Source: Pseudogymnoascus verrucosus (Eukaryota). From it: a stretch of DNA of 64,000 bases. Each line of letters begins with the position of its first letter. Position 1 is the first letter of the stretch. The notes below the pieces were generated by a model, which worked only from the letters and a program-made list of their open reading frames with translations, was not told where the DNA came from and ran no database searches. A program made the position numbers and the translations under genes. The stretch is from assembly GCA_001662655.1 (NCBI GenBank), contig KV460215.1; one strand, written 5' to 3'. Positions 62,605 through 64,000 of this stretch are shown here, piece after piece.

Positions 62605-63180
62605 TGGGTCTGAGGGCTTGATAGGAGGGAGGGGGAAGAGAGAAAGTGTTTTGATATCCGGGAAGGGGAGGGAGGGAGGGAGGATTTTATTTGCGTGCTT
62701 TTTATGGGAATGGGGTTTGGGAATGTGATGTGATGTGATGTGCTATACGATTCTCTTTTTAGCTTAGACTTGCTTCGTTGGGTTTGGAATTGATATATGA
62801 TTATACCTCATCACAGCTTTTCAATGCGAATAATTCGCACGCACGTGCACGACACACAGAAGTAGTCGCCGTCATCCGTGAAGGAAATATAAGACTCACC
62901 AAAACCGGACGGTGGTAAATGTAAACGGATTATAGAGGTAAATAGAGTTACAGAAGAAATACCTAGCACCACCACCTTAACAGGTAAAAAATGCAAGATC
63001 CCCCCCCCCCTCCCATTTCCCATCTATGCAAAAAAACATTTTATCCATCTTTTTCCCCCTATTTACACTCGAATCCCCTCCCCCACCCTTCAACCATTTC
63101 CCTCCACCACCACCACCCAAAGCCTACACTTAAAAACACCCAACAACAGCGAAGCGGAAAAACAGACATCTCACATCCGT

Positions 63181-64000
63181 CTATTTCCGTCCACCCTTCC
63201 TGCCGCGCACCTTCTTCACACCCCTAGAGCGCGTAGCACCGCTCGTCTCGCCGGCAGTGTCGTTCTCAGACGTGAAGTCGTCGCCCTCGTCGTAGTCGGA
63301 GTCGGAGTCCGCGGCGGGGGCGGGGGAGAGGAAGCGGCCTGCGGTCTTGGCGTAGATCCAGACGGGGAGGCGGATGAGGGCTGTGTCGCGGAGGCGGGGG
63401 GATTGGAGCTCAGCAGGCTATGTGGTGTTAGCGGCAAGGTTTGCATTTGAGGGGAGAGTTGATAGGGGGACTTACATCAAGCAAAAGCTCCTGCATCTCA
63501 CCATCATCATTACGCTGCTCGAGATACACATTTCCCACAGCATCAACAACGAGGATCTTCCCATTCTCAGCCACAACGCGCTTCTTCGGCCCCGTAACAC
63601 CAGTCGGCGTATCAGCTGGGGAAACCTTCGCCTTAGGCGCCTTAACCTTCTTCTCCGGCTTCTCCTTGCGCGAATCCTTCTCCTGCATGCGTCTCTGCCT
63701 ACGGTTCATAGGTTGCATAGCAGCCTCCGCATCGCTATCCGTCGCCGGTGGTGTCTCGGCGCCTGCATCAATACCGGGGATGGTGAGATTCGCGCTCCCC
63801 GCCGCGCGGCGCGCGAACTTAACATAGCGGCCTACGAATTCCTGCTGTCTCTTCCAGCCGAGGTACAAGGCGAAGTAGTGTCCCGCGCCGCCGACGAAGA
63901 TGAACAATCCCAGAAGCACAGTGCCGAAGCCAGGGCGAAAACGCGCGTAGTAGTATCCAGTCCCCTTCCAGACGGGGAAGCCATTAGCGAGGAAATGATC
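63181..64000 (-). CDS. ER DnaJ-domain membrane protein (Erj5-like), 3' part; starts beyond the window
   Basis: DHFLANGFPVWKGTGYYYARFRPGFGTVL, a TM segment, KKRVVAENGKILVVD..GNVYL. Intron about 63475-63418. The J-domain itself is outside the window. Confidence 0.75.

Overview
Eukaryotic DNA from a filamentous ascomycete: GT-AG introns with CTRAC branch points, fungal Zn2Cys6 factors and RIP-like mutation. The style suggests a Leotiomycete, but that is inference. The window has three blocks. (1) Core block, ~1-10.9 kb: ZIP zinc transporter, MDM10, MRT4, tRNA-Ser(AGA) and two hypotheticals. (2) A ~34 kb accessory block of visibly lower GC, ~10.9-45.1 kb: oxidoreductases, a secreted phosphoesterase, an intronless secreted protein, three Zn2Cys6 regulators (one killed by RIP-type stops), pseudogenes and transposon relics. 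(3) Core block, ~45.3-64 kb: POL3, rhomboid, WD40 protein, LCB2, a hypothetical and a partial ER DnaJ protein. The best candidate for a new system is a four-gene cluster at 18.6-29.0 kb. It encodes an NRPS-like adenylation-thiolation-reductase enzyme fused in-frame to a gluconokinase-like domain, an aldo-keto reductase, an anion-type MFS permease and a Zn2Cys6 factor. Both divergent promoters carry the identical 14-mer CGGATATTCGGAAA next to CreA-type sites, suggesting a co-regulated sugar-acid reduction/phosphorylation pathway. Exon boundaries were inferred by eye and no database searches were run.
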